DNA from: Psilocybe cubensis
Lineage: Eukaryota
Direction: 5' to 3'
DNA length: 64,000 nt
Assembly (NCBI GenBank): GCA_017499595.2
Contig: CM039002.1
Location: forward strand, 3,348,001 to 3,412,000
In this document: piece after piece, positions 28,172 to 41,853 of the stretch
Layout of the letters: every line of letters begins with the position of its first letter
Position numbering within the stretch: position 1 is the stretch's first letter
Position numbers and translations under genes: made by a program
Notes under the pieces: generated by a model
The model's database searches: none
Told to the model about the DNA's origin: nothing
The model's input: the letters and a program-made list of their open reading frames with translations, nothing else

Positions 28172-31100
28172 ATGCCGTCACAGAGAACCAAAAGTTCAAG
28201 AAGATCCAAAAAGGGGACATTATATGAGGATGATGCTGATGCAGCAGACGCAGTAACATATGAAAATCGTACTCGTACAACAAGAACTGGAAGGACGGTT
28301 CCGGACTTGGTAAAAGGTATCAAAAAATGCAAGCTATTATTACAATCACTGACTTTCCTTGTTCCAGTCTCATTGGCAGTTCCACAGAGGCGTAATACAG
28401 GTGATCCATGGCATATAGACAATCAGGATACATCGGAAGGCTATGAAGGTGATTATGACATACACAACACTGATGACCACCGCGACGATGGAAGACCTGT
28501 AGACTCCAGACCTCGAAAGGTAATTTCAAAGTTTTAAATGGAGTTGCTGGCTTATCTTATACGTTAAAGACTCAAAGAGACTACATTCTGCAATTTGTGG
28601 AACGAGTGGATGATATACTTGGTGCATTGCTGAGTCGAGAAGCGCCGAGGGCGCTTAATGCACCATCCATCTGCACACAATGCCATAATGATTGCATCTC
28701 GGTATGGAGGTGTCGAGATTGCTCTATTCCATCTCTATTATGCAGACGGTGCATACGACATGAGCATCAGGTTAATCCAATGCATAGGATAGAGCGTTGG
28801 AATGGTGCCTATTTCCGATCAGCAGAGCTATGGGAGGTGGGATGTTATCTATTAATATCTCACCATTCTGCAGAATTTCCTCCTCTATGCGAATCTCTAA
28901 CATTTCAAAAGCAACTTCTTGAGGAGTTGGAAGAGCGGAAAGACTTTGAAGAACAGGCTCTACTGCGCGTCGCACACCCGACATCTGAATCACCTTCATA
29001 TCCTTCAAGATATGACAATGATATTTTTATGGATGATACTAAGGAGGACTCAGAACATACCCAAAATCCAGATGGCATTACAGATAATCAGTTTGAGGAG
29101 TATCTCAACCAGCTTCGGGAGGATCCATCAAATTTGGAGGGATTTGAAGATGTTGATGATGAAGCAGAGGTAGGTGATGCCGACTCCGATGTCCGATTCA
29201 TGCCAGCATATCTTTCGCCACCAACGGTCGGGAATCGGGATCCCAACTCTACCTTCACTGGAAATGCCCCCTTTGCTGATGGGTTAAACAATTCCTATGT
29301 GCGAGTTGTGCATACTAATGGCCTTCATCATTTGGCTATGGTATCTTGCGTTTGCCATGGGTCGGGGCAGCTTCCTTTAGATCTCATGGCATGCCGATTG
29401 CTACCGACAAGTTTCCAGCAAATCCGCACACTATTTTCCGCACAATTATTAGATTATTTTCGACTCTCAAATTTAGAACTCAAGTCTTCTGCTTACCAGT
29501 TCTACTCCCTATTGCGACGTGTCACCAATCCGACTGCCCCGCATACCGTTGTCAATCTTTATAATGAATTTCGACGGATGTCCCGCTTATGGAGATGGAT
29601 GAAAAAGTTAAAATGGGCAGGATTCGGAGGCCATAACGGCAAAAGTGCACTGTCGGTTGGGCGGGGAGAACTAGCCAATTTCTGCCCAGCATGTCCACAG
29701 CCTGGTGTCAATTTGAGTGCCAACTGGAAAGATGACCCCAATCGCTGGGTCTACAAGCGTGTTTTTGTAGCGGACGGAAACTTCAAAGCAGACCATGTCC
29801 GATCTAAAAAACCATCCCGCGATATATGGTTGTCGGAAGGTGGTGGAATGACACCCGATCGAATGGAGTATGGTGAATTTTTGAAATCCGCCATTGAAGC
29901 ATTGACAGTAAGAGCTTTGTATTTGATAAATAACAGGTGGAATATCTAACTACCCTCTTCAGGGAGCACCATGTGAAAACACATTCCGGGCAATCCAAAA
30001 TTCATTATTATCATCAAAATCCTGCGATGTTACAGGCATTGTGGGGGTTGCCTGTGCAAGGCATGGATGTTACGCCCCCAATTCACTTGTCGATCTTTTT
30101 AAAGGAGAGCAACAAAAGAATGTCGACTTTGCTCTTCTATCAGCATTAAAATCAACAGGTGTTGATCCCGACCAAGGCCTAGCGGTTATCTACGACATAA
30201 TCTGTCAATATATCATTTATCTTCTCAAGCGTATTGGGCATCTACTCCCCAAAGGACTCAAAGTTGATCGGGCAATTGGCATGTTTCACGTACATGCTCA
30301 TAAAGATGAATGTTTCTTTAGATATGCACCAACCTTCATTCCTGGTGCCGCTTGCGTCTGCGGAGAAATTTTGGAATCACTATGGGCGGATTTGAATCAT
30401 ATATCTCCCGCCGCCCGCACAGCAACTCTGGCGCACCGTGCAGAGTTGCTAGACGATCATGCTTCCGACTCTAATCACAAAAAGGCTCTTGGAATCACAA
30501 AATATCTCTGTCGTAGGCATGATGAGGCTGAAGAAAAACAAGAGCAGTATCGGGTAGCATTTGTAAACTTAACCCAAGGAGCTGACCCCGATGCAGTAAA
30601 GTTATGGAAACAACAAATTGAAGAAGCTGAGTCCAAGAGGTTGGTGGACCCAAAGGTTATGGATATATATGCAGCAAAAAGGCCTGGAACCTCCACAGTC
30701 ACTCCCGATGCAGTTCCGCATCGACCTCTAAACCCGATTGAGTCATGGATACAATTTGCAGTAGTTGTGGAAGAAAGACAGTATGTGTTTAAATCAGTCT
30801 TGATTATTTATCATGGTGTTAATAGTTATACACACAGATTGGACATTCGGATGAGAGCCCGACGCCTTATTAACCATGATCGGCTTGCGGAACGTAACAA
30901 ATTAATAAAGCTACGCGAAACTTTAAAAGCATTAATGGCTCAACTAAGCATTCTGCAAAATGATGCGGGAGTTCTTCCGACAGCTTCCAAAGGGAATGAA
31001 ATACCCGAACAACTCTTTATAGATTGGGAGGATGAGGAAGACATTTTGGCGCCGGGATCGGGTTCAGCGGTGTATGAGCCTATTGACCTTCAAACAATAT

Positions 31101-31917
31101 TCCTACCTTCTAATGGGAATGTGGACATCATTCATGCACCATCTGAAATACATGCTAGGATTTCACAAGCTCGAGGACACCTGAATCAAATTCGAGAACT
31201 TATTGCAGAGAGGTCATTTCAGTATTCCGATGTCATACGAAAGGGCCCACGAAAAGGTGTGCGTACACGAGGACAAGCGGCAGCAAAGGAGTTGAGGGAA
31301 CGCATTTCACATCATGCACAAGCCTACTCACGATGTCGAGATTGCCTAGTTCAACTTGGTGCCGACAACAATATTCTTCGGGAGTTTCGGGTCCTCACCA
31401 AAGATGATGTCCGATCAAGTACCGCTGTTCTTAACCCGAACATACCAGGATCGACAAATTTCCGCTTGTCATGGATATGGTACTCAGTAAATCAACGGTT
31501 AGGTCCCCGATGGGTGCTGGATCCCGACGCTCCCGACAATGCCGATCCGAATTCTCTCGGCGATAACGCTGATCCGGCAACAGTGCTTGAATGTCAGTTA
31601 ATTTCTCATATTGATTCTATTTTTGTTGAGCGCTAATTTCTATTAACCTTTCAGTTAAAAGAGTACATTGGTTAAGAGCCAGAGCTCACTTTCAACGATG
31701 GAAGGAGGAGAGTACATTGGTTAGGTATGAGATGCAATGGACCGTGACATATTTCTTACACAAGAGTGCAACCTGGAAGTCGGCTATCGAGGATAACCCG
31801 ACAATTTTGCCGGGTGCAATAGCATATGCACATCGCAAAGCGCAAATGTGGCATCATTTGGCTTTGATATCAGATCGATCTTTTAGATCAGTAAATAAAC
31901 ATTACAAACCTTTGTAA
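28172..31917 (+). CDS. KDZ transposase with CxC2 cysteine cluster (multi-exon, apparently intact)
   Basis: CTQC..WRCRDC..LLCRRCIRHEHQVNPMHRIERWNG; VVHTNGLHHLAMVSCVC (CxC2); CPACPQPGVNL; ADGNFKADH; TGIVGVACARHG; DLFKGEQQKNVDF; YDIICQY; FHVHAHKDEC; GEILESLWADLN; final exon RVHWLRARAHFQRWKEE. Confidence 0.93.
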
Positions 31918-31949
31918 TTTGAAATTTTTGTCCTTAATCTGCAACCACC

Positions 31950-33560
31950 ATGAGTGACTCCGAGTCATTTTTTGACCAACCCTTGATCACGATCAGACCG
32001 TTCAACCCCTTTGACATCCAAGTTGGGTCCCAAAAGGCCGAGCAGGTTTTGGCGCAAGGAATCATATATTGTGGTGCTTCTAGACTTCGCGAGGCTTTAA
32101 TTCATATCATCGACGCCAGTCTGGACAACCATGGATGGATGCAACGTTGCCTTCAGGAAGAATTGGTGTGTTATCAGAAATGATCATCATCTTATCACTG
32201 ATAAATCTCATGTACTCAATAGCACTACATTATGGCAGTTGTCGGTCAAGCATATGCAGTTGGTTGGGTGCTGGATATCCCATACATCCTTCGCCTTCTT
32301 TCCGAATCTCTTTTTGCATGTCTACCCGAAGAGTTTCCAATGGACTTTCACCCCGATCTTTTGCCCTCTTTGGCCGCGGATGACAATGACCAGGGTTTTG
32401 AGAAAGGTGTCAAAAAATACCTTTATGACTGGTGGACTCGTAATACCCCCCCAAGTCCCGAAAGAATGTTAAATCATCTTACCATTGGGAAAATCATGAA
32501 ATTTCATGGTGAACAGTATGCTAAAAGTTTCCCCAAAGCAAAGGATTCCACCAAACCGCTGCCTCCCGCTGAGCCGAGTGGTATACGTCATGGGCAGCTG
32601 TCTACTCTTGATCCCCCTCCCGATGCCCCTGGTCAGACAAACTTTATTTATCCGACTCAGATTGTTCCCGACTCTAAACCCGGTGACATACACTGTGGTT
32701 GTTGTGCTAAATTCCGTAATCTTTCTGATGATCTGCTTGTTCAGTTCAGAGGTGTCAAGAATTTCTCTACATGTCTTGCCGATGTAGCCTCCAACCAAGT
32801 TGCTTGTATTTCGCGACGTGCAATGGGATTTTTCAAGCTCTACGAGCTTAGCCAGGAACTTGACGATGCTGCTATTGAGGGTGCGGCAACGTATGGACGC
32901 GACAACATCAAAACCCGCAAACCCGAAATACCCGCCGATTTGATGAATTCAAAGCAGACGCCCCCATCCGACAAGTGGACTTGGGGGAAATCTCTTACCA
33001 TCAAAGATGTCCTCAGCATTTCCGAGGTCAGCAATCCGAAAGAACATACAGGATACGCAAAAAATCTCAAGGAAGGGCAAAAGGTTAAATATTCCACTGA
33101 AGACTCTTTGTCTCAGGTCGGCACCTTTGATTCTGCAGCCATATCCGCCGTCCAAACATTGCCTTCCGCCACATTCACCCAACCCGACTACTTCAAGTAC
33201 GGTACCGAAGGGAGCCCGCCTTCCAGTGTCGGAGATTTTGCAGAAGTTGCAGATCAGGTCCCGCTTTCCAGCGTTGAAGATTTTACAGAAGCGGCGGATC
33301 CAGTCTCCAGTAATGGCAACTCCAGTGACTCCGAATCGGATAACGATATTATAAACCAAGCCGCAAACGACAACCTTTTTGGTTCCGAGTCGGATGACAG
33401 CTTGGATGCAGCATTAGGCCTTTTCGACGATGACAGCAGCACAAATGCGGGGTCGGATGACAACTTGGGCGGAACTTTGGACGAAGAAACAGGAAGGCAG
33501 TCAGATATTGCAGAAGATGAGGGTAGTGGCAGCGAGTTCCAGTCGGAGAGTGGTATGTAA
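31950..33560 (+). CDS. Hypothetical protein with an acidic C-terminus, directly downstream of the KDZ transposase (at least 2 exons)
   Basis: ATG is 32 bp after the transposase stop. Long 442-aa ORF with an HCGCC motif and a D/E/S-rich tail. Confidence 0.65.
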
Positions 33561-33854
33561 CTTTGTTATATCCTCAACAAATTCTTAGAATTCATAACGA
33601 TGTACATGTTGAAACTACCCCGTTGCTAGCTGTGTCGGAACTGGAACAGAGTGGTTTGGTATTCACTCCTGCATACTTTGATAAATTTTTAGATGTTAAC
33701 ATGTTCAAGTTTGAGTAGTAGCATACTGTGTCTGTATGATCAAATTATATCATTTGTCTTCTATGTATGCTATGAAATCAAGTGAAATAAGAATGAACAG
33801 ATCACATAATTTAGAAGTACAATGAACTAAATACAAGTTGAATGTGATAGCGGG

Positions 33855-34667
33855 TCCGATGCGCGCATTTCCAAGTGGTGCGCACAGCGTGTAAGCGCCG
33901 CGCGCGGCAGCGGCGGGTCGGAAACTCTCCGATGCGCGCGTTTCCAATGGGTGCGCATAGCCTGTAAGCGCCGCGCGCGGCAGCGGCGGGTCGGTAACTG
34001 TCCGATGCGCAGGTTTTCAATTGGTGCGCAGCGCCGCACGCGGCAGCGGCGGGTCGGAAACTCTCCGATGCGCGCGTTTCCAATGGGTGCGCATAGCGTG
34101 TAAGCGCCGCGCGCGGCAGCAGCGGGTCGGAAACTCTCCGATGCGCGCGTTTCCAATTGGTGCGCATAGCGTGTAAGCGCTGCCGCGCGGTCGGAAATCT
34201 AGCAGATGCGCACGTTTTCAATTGGTGCGCCGCGCCGCGCATGGCAGCGGCGGGTCGGAAACTGTCCGATGCGCGCGTTTCCAATTGGTGCGCATAGCGT
34301 GTAAGCGCCGCGCACGGCAGCGGCGGGTCGGAAATCTAGCAGATGCGCACGTTTTCAATTGGTGCGCAGCGCCGCGCGTGGCAGCGGCGGGTCGGAAACT
34401 GTCCAATGCGCGCGTTTCCAATTGGTGCGCATAGCGTGTAAGCGCCGCGCGCGGCAGCGGCGGGTCGGAAACTGTCCGATGCGCGCGTTTCCAATTGGTG
34501 CGCATAGCGTGTAAGCGCCGCGCACGGCAGCGGCGGGTCGGAAATCTAGCAGATGCGCAGGTTTTCAATTGGTGCGCAGTGCCGCGCGCGGCAGCGGCGG
34601 GTCGGAAACTGTCCAATGCGCGCGTTTCCAATTGGTGCGCATAGCCTGTAAGCGACGCGCGCGGCAG
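33855..34667. repeat. GC/CpG-rich non-coding satellite: about 12 units mixing about 73-bp and about 63-bp variants
   Basis: Unit ATGCGCGCGTTTCCAATTGGTGCGCA[TAGCGTGTAA]GCGCCGCGCGCGGCAGCGGCGGGTCGGAAACTGTCCG. Unit starts near 33859, 33932, 34005, 34068, 34141, 34206, 34269, 34343, 34406, 34479, 34553 and 34616. Confidence 0.97.
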
Positions 34668-34972
34668 GCCGCGTACCTCTATTGATGCCAGCGCAGGATG
34701 CAATCCGAGTACAGTGATGTCGGAATACTAGCAAAAATTAGGTTTCCGATACCAGTCCTATTTAATGCAACATTCAAATCCTTACCCATAACAATTTTAC
34801 TAGTGAACAAACAAAGGTATGATTAGATACTACATATTTGTATAATGTTAGACATTCAATGAATCGAGAAGATACACCACAATGTAGTTACCTTTTTGAA
34901 AGTACTAGATTCAGGGTTTCAATGAATTCATTAAACCCCCATCATATGGTACATTGTAGTGGGCATTGTATC

Positions 34973-36890
34973 CTATGTTACGATACAATGTAGCATTTCA
35001 CACTGGTTTCCGTCGGGTATGTCGCCGGCTTGAACTCCAGTGTCATGGTACATGTGGTGTTCATCCTCTGATCCATGGCTGATGTAGATGTCGTGTGCCA
35101 TGGCATTCATTTCACGTCTCAGCAAAGTCATCCGATGTATAACCTCGCCGTGAAAGTTGTTCACCATGTCAGACTTTTTATCAAGCATCTGAACCATAGA
35201 AATAAAGAATGCCAGCTTGCCTGCCATATAGTCAAATCCATTGTCGTTACTCTGAAGTTGGTCGTCAATTTTCTTCATTCTTTCTAGTATTTTATCCGTT
35301 TGACATTCCAATGTTTTCAGGCGCTCTTCTGTAGTCCGGTCTTGTTTTGGTCTGCTATCGGATCCCTCTTCGTCACCATCCCAATTTCGGATGTATGTTG
35401 GACGCTGCGGTAGTGGAAGTGAAACGCTTTCATTCTGCGTCCGGACAAAATCATCTTGCATCCATCCCATCCATGTCTTAACTGTTTTATCTGCTGCATG
35501 GTAAGTTTCTCTTGTACATAAATTACAGTGTTTTAAATGCTTACCAGACATATCTTCCGTCTGAATAGAGACGCTGGAAAAATGACCAGCTCTACCGTCA
35601 GGTTGATTGTTTGTTGGGCCCGGCACCTCTGCCTTGCGCACAATTTTCTTTGTGTCATCGCTCTGGGTGTCCATCTCGGCATCTTCTCCTTTCTGTGAGT
35701 ATGTAGAGGGATCCACCGCCAACATCTTGCCCTTGCCCTTGGCTTCCCGGCGATTGGAGTCAGCAATGGGTTTGCTAAGCTCTAAGTCGGGGGTTGAAGT
35801 TTCAACCTTCACTAACTTCAAGGTTTGGCCGCGTCGAGATTTTGCGTCGGGTTTTCGATCCTCTTCTAACTCACTTGTGATAGATTCATTGTCGTCAACA
35901 TCCGAGCATCGCTCTATTGCCTCACTCCTGCCTTTACAACCCCTTCGGTGCTTGTTGCAATAAAAACAAGTAGCCATTTGGTAGGTCACTCGGCATTTTC
36001 GTCCATGTTGGACACACATTTCGCATCCCTGAACATGTATCCATTTTGTAGCTTTTGCGGGGGGGCGATCGTCATGAGTTGGCTTCTCGGACTTCTCTCT
36101 GGTTGGCTTTTCGGACTTCTCTCTAGTTGGCTTCTCGGACTTCTCTCTTAAGTTACTCACCAGAGTCCGAGCCCGAGGTTTAGCGCGCTTCGGTTTGGGG
36201 TAAGGACGCTTGGGATCTGGAGTGTTCTTGTCACTTTCGGCCTCTGACGGAGATGGATTGTGGGAGGGTATGAATTCGTCATCTTCATCAGATGCAGCCT
36301 CAATGTCATGAAATCTTTTAGGCGACCTTTCACAAGACGGCGTCACATCGTCAACACGATGTCTTTTGAGAGAACGAATAGTGGATGCCTCTGCCTCTTG
36401 TTCGACTGGATGTGATACCTCTGTATGATTTTGTGAGGTTGCCGAGCGCCTCTCTGAACTTCGCCGAGCTCGAGTCTCTTTAGCCTGGTGTCAGGGCTAG
36501 GCAGGTGAACCTTCGCCTCCGATTGCTGAGACGCATTTTCAGTCTTTTGTAAAAGATTCTTCATTTCGTTCAGGAATTCGGGACTAGCGTGTTTGTTTTT
36601 CTGACGTGCTTTTCCGTAGGCTAACAAGAAATCAAACAGAAATTTATTCGATGATTTCTGCTTTTCTGCAACACAGTTTGTAGCTCTAGACGTTGCTATG
36701 GCAGTCTGTCAAATTTATGGTATGTTGGTATAATCCGGATAATTAGGGTTTGGTTAACTCACCACTAGGTCCCAATGGCGGTCTATTATCTCGGTCAAAT
36801 TCCCATTCTCGAGGCCGAAGCGAATTTTTTCATTGAGTTTGGCGAGACCTGCGCGGAAGTCATTGAGGTTTGTAATGGTTGGAATTGACA
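34973..36890 (-). CDS. Zn(II)2Cys6-like cluster protein with a C-terminal coiled coil (multi-exon)
   Basis: CEMCVQHGRKCRVTYQMATCFYCNKHRRGC fits Cx2Cx6Cx8Cx2Cx6C. REKSEKPT x3. Coiled coil EERLKTLECQTDKILERMKKIDDQL. Probable first exon MSIPTITNLNDFRAGLAKL at 36890. Confidence 0.7.
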
Positions 36891-37238
36891 TTTTATTATA
36901 TTGGTTGACTATGCTGTGGTCGTAGATGAAGAAGGGTCAAGGTATTGGAATGTCTTAGGAATAGGCAGGCGTCTAGTCAGATTTTTTGTGGCTGACCCTA
37001 TGACGCCTCGGTCCGATCACCTGTCTTGATCGAGGTCGTCACATTGGCGAGCATTTCTCAATATCTAGGCATTGGGCAACAGCAATTATCTTGTTTACTC
37101 TGAGAGAGCCCTACATGCAAATAGGCAGTCATTCTATACAAGATTTACGGTGCGTGAATATAACTGTCAAACACAGATTCAGACGGCGAGGCGATGGCGA
37201 GAGGGCGAGGGGCCGTGAGACAAACACACCGTGTCCGC

Positions 37239-37362
37239 TGAAGCGCCCAGCATCTGCCAAAGATTGCCCCACCCGCTCAGGAGTATGGTGTAATAATGAA
37301 GCGCCCAGCATCTGCCAAAGATCCCCCACCAGCGGATCCGCTCAGGAGTATGGTGTAATAAG
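37239..37362. repeat. Two imperfect direct repeats of about 58-65 bp near the putative element end
   Basis: TGAAGCGCCCAGCATCTGCCAAAGAT...CCGCTCAGGAGTATGGTGTAATAA occurs twice. Confidence 0.85.
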
Positions 37363-37976
37363 GCTGATCTGCTCTGACAATAATGCGTAGTACAGCGGAT
37401 CCGCTCTGTCGTGCAGTTTAGTACAGTGTGGTGGCTACTATATACAGTAATACAGGTGCCCGGACGAGCGGACTCGGTGACCTGTATGGAACTACACACT
37501 GTACACGTCCCTTGTAGGGTAGTGTATGGTACAGTGTAACAAAGTAATGTGGTATAAACACAAGTATCGCATTTAAACATAGTATAGTAGGCACATATTT
37601 CGAATAAAAATTTAAACAGAAAGAAACGTTGAACGTTGAACGTTCAACCTTTCTTTACCCGTAAACTTACTGCAATCCCATGGTAGCTAATCAGCGGGCC
37701 AGATGCAGGTCACTTTGTGCCCTTGTTGTCCGAGACACGACTGTGTATACCACAGTGATTTATACAGGACAGGGAAGAATTCGGGTGAGTTTCGCTGCTA
37801 CGGCTTTGTTGAGGGCTGAGGCTGTTTGGTAATCTCGTAAACAGCAACAACTTGCAATTGAACACTCATAAGTTCCAAATTGTGTATTATTGCAGATGTC
37901 TCATGACCTGGACGTCCAAAATAAAAAAATATTGCATGTATATACACAAAAAATTTGCTCAAGTTGTGTTCAAATT

Positions 37977-40082
37977 TTAACGGATAAAGATCGTCTTGAC
38001 CTCTGTATATGCATGGATCGCTACAGAGGTGGATTTGTTAGCGCGTGGTCTGTCAGATTAAATATATACCTACTCACCATGGTCACCGAGCTCTCGACCG
38101 ATTCCAGAACCTTTCCAGCCACCGAAAGCCAGGTCTGGGTGAGCATTGCCTGTGGTGTTAACCCCGACCTGTCCAGCTTCTAGGCCTTTGATGAAACGAA
38201 TAGCGCGTGAAACGTCTTTCGTGAAGACACTACCGAAGACTATTAATGTACTGTGTTGGTTCCCGAGTTGAAGTGATACAAACGACTCACTATGCAGCCA
38301 ATCCATACTCTGTATCGTTTGCTCTGCAAATATTATATATATTGCGACTACAGTGCCATCATTTTCTGACGTGACTCACCTTTTTAGCACTTCCTCCTCT
38401 GAAGTAAACTTGTGAAGCACTGCAACGGGACCAAATATCTCTTCCTTATTGATTATAGCGTCATCCTTAACATCAATGAAAATAGTAGGCTTGACATAAA
38501 ACCCCTGGGAGGATGCTAAAATCAACAGGCACGAAAGGAAAAGAAATCGCTCGCACTTCGTCATCTCCAGCCGTCCCACCTGTTAGAACCTTAGCACCTT
38601 CAGCTTTCCCGGTCTCTATATATTGTAGAACTCGTTTGTGCTGAGACAATTATTAGCCGATTGTATGAATAAAGTATTTTCGACCAACCTGAAGAATGTC
38701 GACTTGCGGGCCCGAGGAACATGATTGGTCAGTTGGGTCCCCGACCTTGTAACTTTCGGCCGCCGCAGCCAGTTTTTCGGCAAACTTATCGAAGATTATG
38801 TCTTGTACATACACCCGCGTTCCAGCGATACAGATTTGTCCGGAATTGGTGTTGAATCCACCCAGAACTCTGCGAGGAAAGAAAATGAACAAGCTTGTGT
38901 GCCATTCAAAGCTATGACAATTACCTGGTGACAGTATCTTCCATGTCACAATCCTCGAACACGATGACAGGGCTTTTACCACCAAGCTCGAGAGTGCATG
39001 ACTTTAGGTTAGACCGAGCTGCCGCCTCTGCAACTGCTTTCCCAGCAATAGCAGAACCAGTAAAAGCAATTTTACGAATACGCATATGCGAAGCCAGAAG
39101 TTGCCCTGTCTCTCGGGCGCCACTTAGGATGCTCAATATACCGTCAGGGAGTCTGTAAGTGAAAATCGGTCTGGTTCTGGACAGGATAGAAAGGTGTATG
39201 ATATACATACCCAGCTTTCACAACAAGTTCTGCAAAAAGAAGAGCACTGAGAGGTGATTTCTCACTCGTCTTAATGATGCTTGCATTTCCAGTAGCTACT
39301 AGATGAAAGGAAAGAAGGTAAATTCACATGATACTGGATTACTGTTGTTGAAAAGAATAACTTACAGGCTGGCGCCGTTTTCAACGCAAGCATGGAAAGT
39401 GGAGCATTCCTATTGACGTGATATTTCATTAATGATTGGCACACATCAGTTTAAAGAATAATGTACCAAGGTATGATCCCAGCTGTAACGCCGTAAGGTT
39501 GCCGAATTTCCAGACCAAAAAAACCTGGCACATTCAAACTAGTCTTGCCGTGTATCTTGTCACTTTAACAGAAGCAAGGAATAAGCACTACATAAATAAA
39601 ATTCGATTAATCCTTACGCTGCTCCGGCAAACCAGCGATAGACATATGCTAGGCTGTAGGCTTCAATACTATGCGACAGAAAATTTAGTTCTATTGGTTT
39701 TTATATAACAATGATAGACGAAACGTACATCGAGTCTTTGATGGGTTTTCCCATCTCTAATGATTGCGCCTGCCCAAGAATATTGGCGTTCTCTTCAACA
39801 AGATCGGCCAGTTTGAGCATGGCTCTAGAGCGGATAGATGGATCACCGTCAGCCCACGCAGGCCATGCCTTTTCTGCAGCGTCTACTGCAGCATCGACCT
39901 CTTTTTGTCCTGCGACGTGCACCGATGCTATCTTCTGTTTGGTAGCGGGGTTAATTACATCAATTCGTTCTCCATTACCCTCAACAAACTGTAAAGTGGT
40001 TAACAATCATAGAGAGAGAATTGAAGGGGTGTGATTGAACCTTTCCAGCAATAAACAAGCATTCCTTGAGTTCAATTGACAT
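37977..40082 (-). CDS. Aldehyde dehydrogenase (NAD(P)+-dependent, multi-exon)
   Basis: INPATKQKIASV; KIAFTGSAIAGKAV; NLKSCTLELGGKSPVIVFED; NSGQICIAGTR (catalytic Cys); EEIFGPV; AFGGWKGSGIGRELG. Confidence 0.95.
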
Positions 40083-41261
40083 GATGGGGGAAATTTCAGT
40101 CCTTACTGACTGGAGTATTCCTCATAGGCCTCCTCTTATATAACCCTTGCCCAAAAATGTCACTCCTCACATCATGACGGTCGATGATGTACATTAAAAA
40201 TGCGCCGCGCAAGGAATATCCACCTGATGGACTAAAATAGTACCGACATGGAATCAGGTTCCCAAAGTCATTGCACCTTTGCTTTGAGAAGACATATATC
40301 AATTTATATGGCCAGGCCTTGTTCATCGGAAAGAATCACAAGCGTTGCATGGAGTGGCACCAGTCGAAGATCTAACAAAGGCAATGAGAGGATAGTCAGG
40401 AGTTATGACAATGAATGATTCGCGCCTACAGGTACAAGTCGCGTCTACCAACCAAAGGATCTTCAAATCACAATATTTCTACATCGTCGACTCACTTGCA
40501 AAACTGTTTCTACAATTCTGAGAGAGATTGTGTTCGTCGATTCATAGTCCAAATGCTCAGCCGACTCTCTGAATGGTTAAAAACGAATGATGAGATGTTG
40601 TTGAGATCGATGAGTGTCGAGTTTCACCGAAGGTTCCCGCACTAGATTGGACTGATCTGAGACTGATGGAGAGAGATGATCAAGATACCGTAATTGAGCA
40701 GAAATGAGCCCGAGGAGTAGCGCTGAGTTCTGTCGCAATATTGCAAATGTACAGCAACTTGTAGATTAGCAGCCGCGCCTCATCAGCGCCATAGTTGTAT
40801 CTGATTAGTGCGCTCATCTCGGGTTGCTTTCTGTTGCTTTGTGCCCACTGATGTATTCCGGCCGAAATCCGCGGGCGGACATTTAATTATGGTCACGTCG
40901 GATCATCTGAGTTATATGTACTCGATTCAGTGCGGTATTACTATTAATAAAGTATACGGCATCCCACACAACCTTGGGCTGCATCCCAGTGGTGGGCGGT
41001 CAGCCCATGGATAACGGTCATAAAAGTTACGGTTAGCATCAAAGTCAGAGACGGTTAGTGACTGTTCATAGCGGTCATGACGTTACCCATTCGGCTGTCA
41101 ATGCTGACTCAGTGCCATCAGCGCTATTTTCCAAAATTGAACCACGGCATCACAGACTCATCCTCATATTGAGAGACGATTTGATAGGATCTATTAATAT
41201 AATGTAATTAGGGAAGTACAAAGAGTATATTTAGTACTATGGGTACTCTGTTGATTAGTTT

Positions 41262-41853
41262 GAGGGCAGGTGGTTTGCGAAAAAAAAAGGCGCGGACTGT
41301 CCGCCAGACTGACCGGCGGACAGTCTGCCGGACTTATAGGCCTTATAGTGAGCGAGCGTGACTGGGTTAGTGACAGCCGTGCACACTGTGCTCGACAGCG
41401 ATCAGTGCCCCTCCAACACACTACCGCCCTCCGCCCCCGAGCTGGCCTAGAGGATGTTCACCATTGTTTTGGCTGTATGAAGTTTTGGTATTTATATTAC
41501 AGATTTATTTCTATGGGAGTACATGTGAATGACTGCATTGGGGTAGGAAAAACGCGTCCCTGACGCGTCCGAATAAACTTGTTCGCAAGTTGAAGTTGAG
41601 CCATCCAATATCCAAAAAAGCCACAATGCACCGAAGAAATTCTCACGTGTTTGGGGCAGCAGTGGAATACGCTACGAGCAATGTGCGCACCGTGTAGCGC
41701 ATCAGGGGGCGGGCTATGTCCAGGAAGACTTTCATGAGCTCGCGACGTGGCTCGGACGTCACATCATGGTCACAAACACACAAGATACACCTTGAGTCCG
41801 GCGGACAGTCCGCCAGACTGTCCGCGCAAAAAAAACTCGTGGACGAACCTTTC
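41262..41853. mobile_element. Non-autonomous Mutator(MULE)-like/MITE insertion, about 590 bp
   Basis: Flanked by the direct repeat TGATTAGTTT(G) at 41252 and 41854 (TSD-like). Ends G...C. Imperfect inverted ends built from GCGCGGACWGTC/GGCGGACAGTC motifs (41290-41335 vs 41795-41827). Confidence 0.65.

Noticed and set aside
33750-34734. Several minus-strand ORFs (METRASESFRPAAAAR...) over the GC-rich array, and a possible CRISPR-like reading
   Set aside because: The ORFs are by-products of a stop-poor tandem repeat. There are no unique spacers or cas genes, and the context is eukaryotic.
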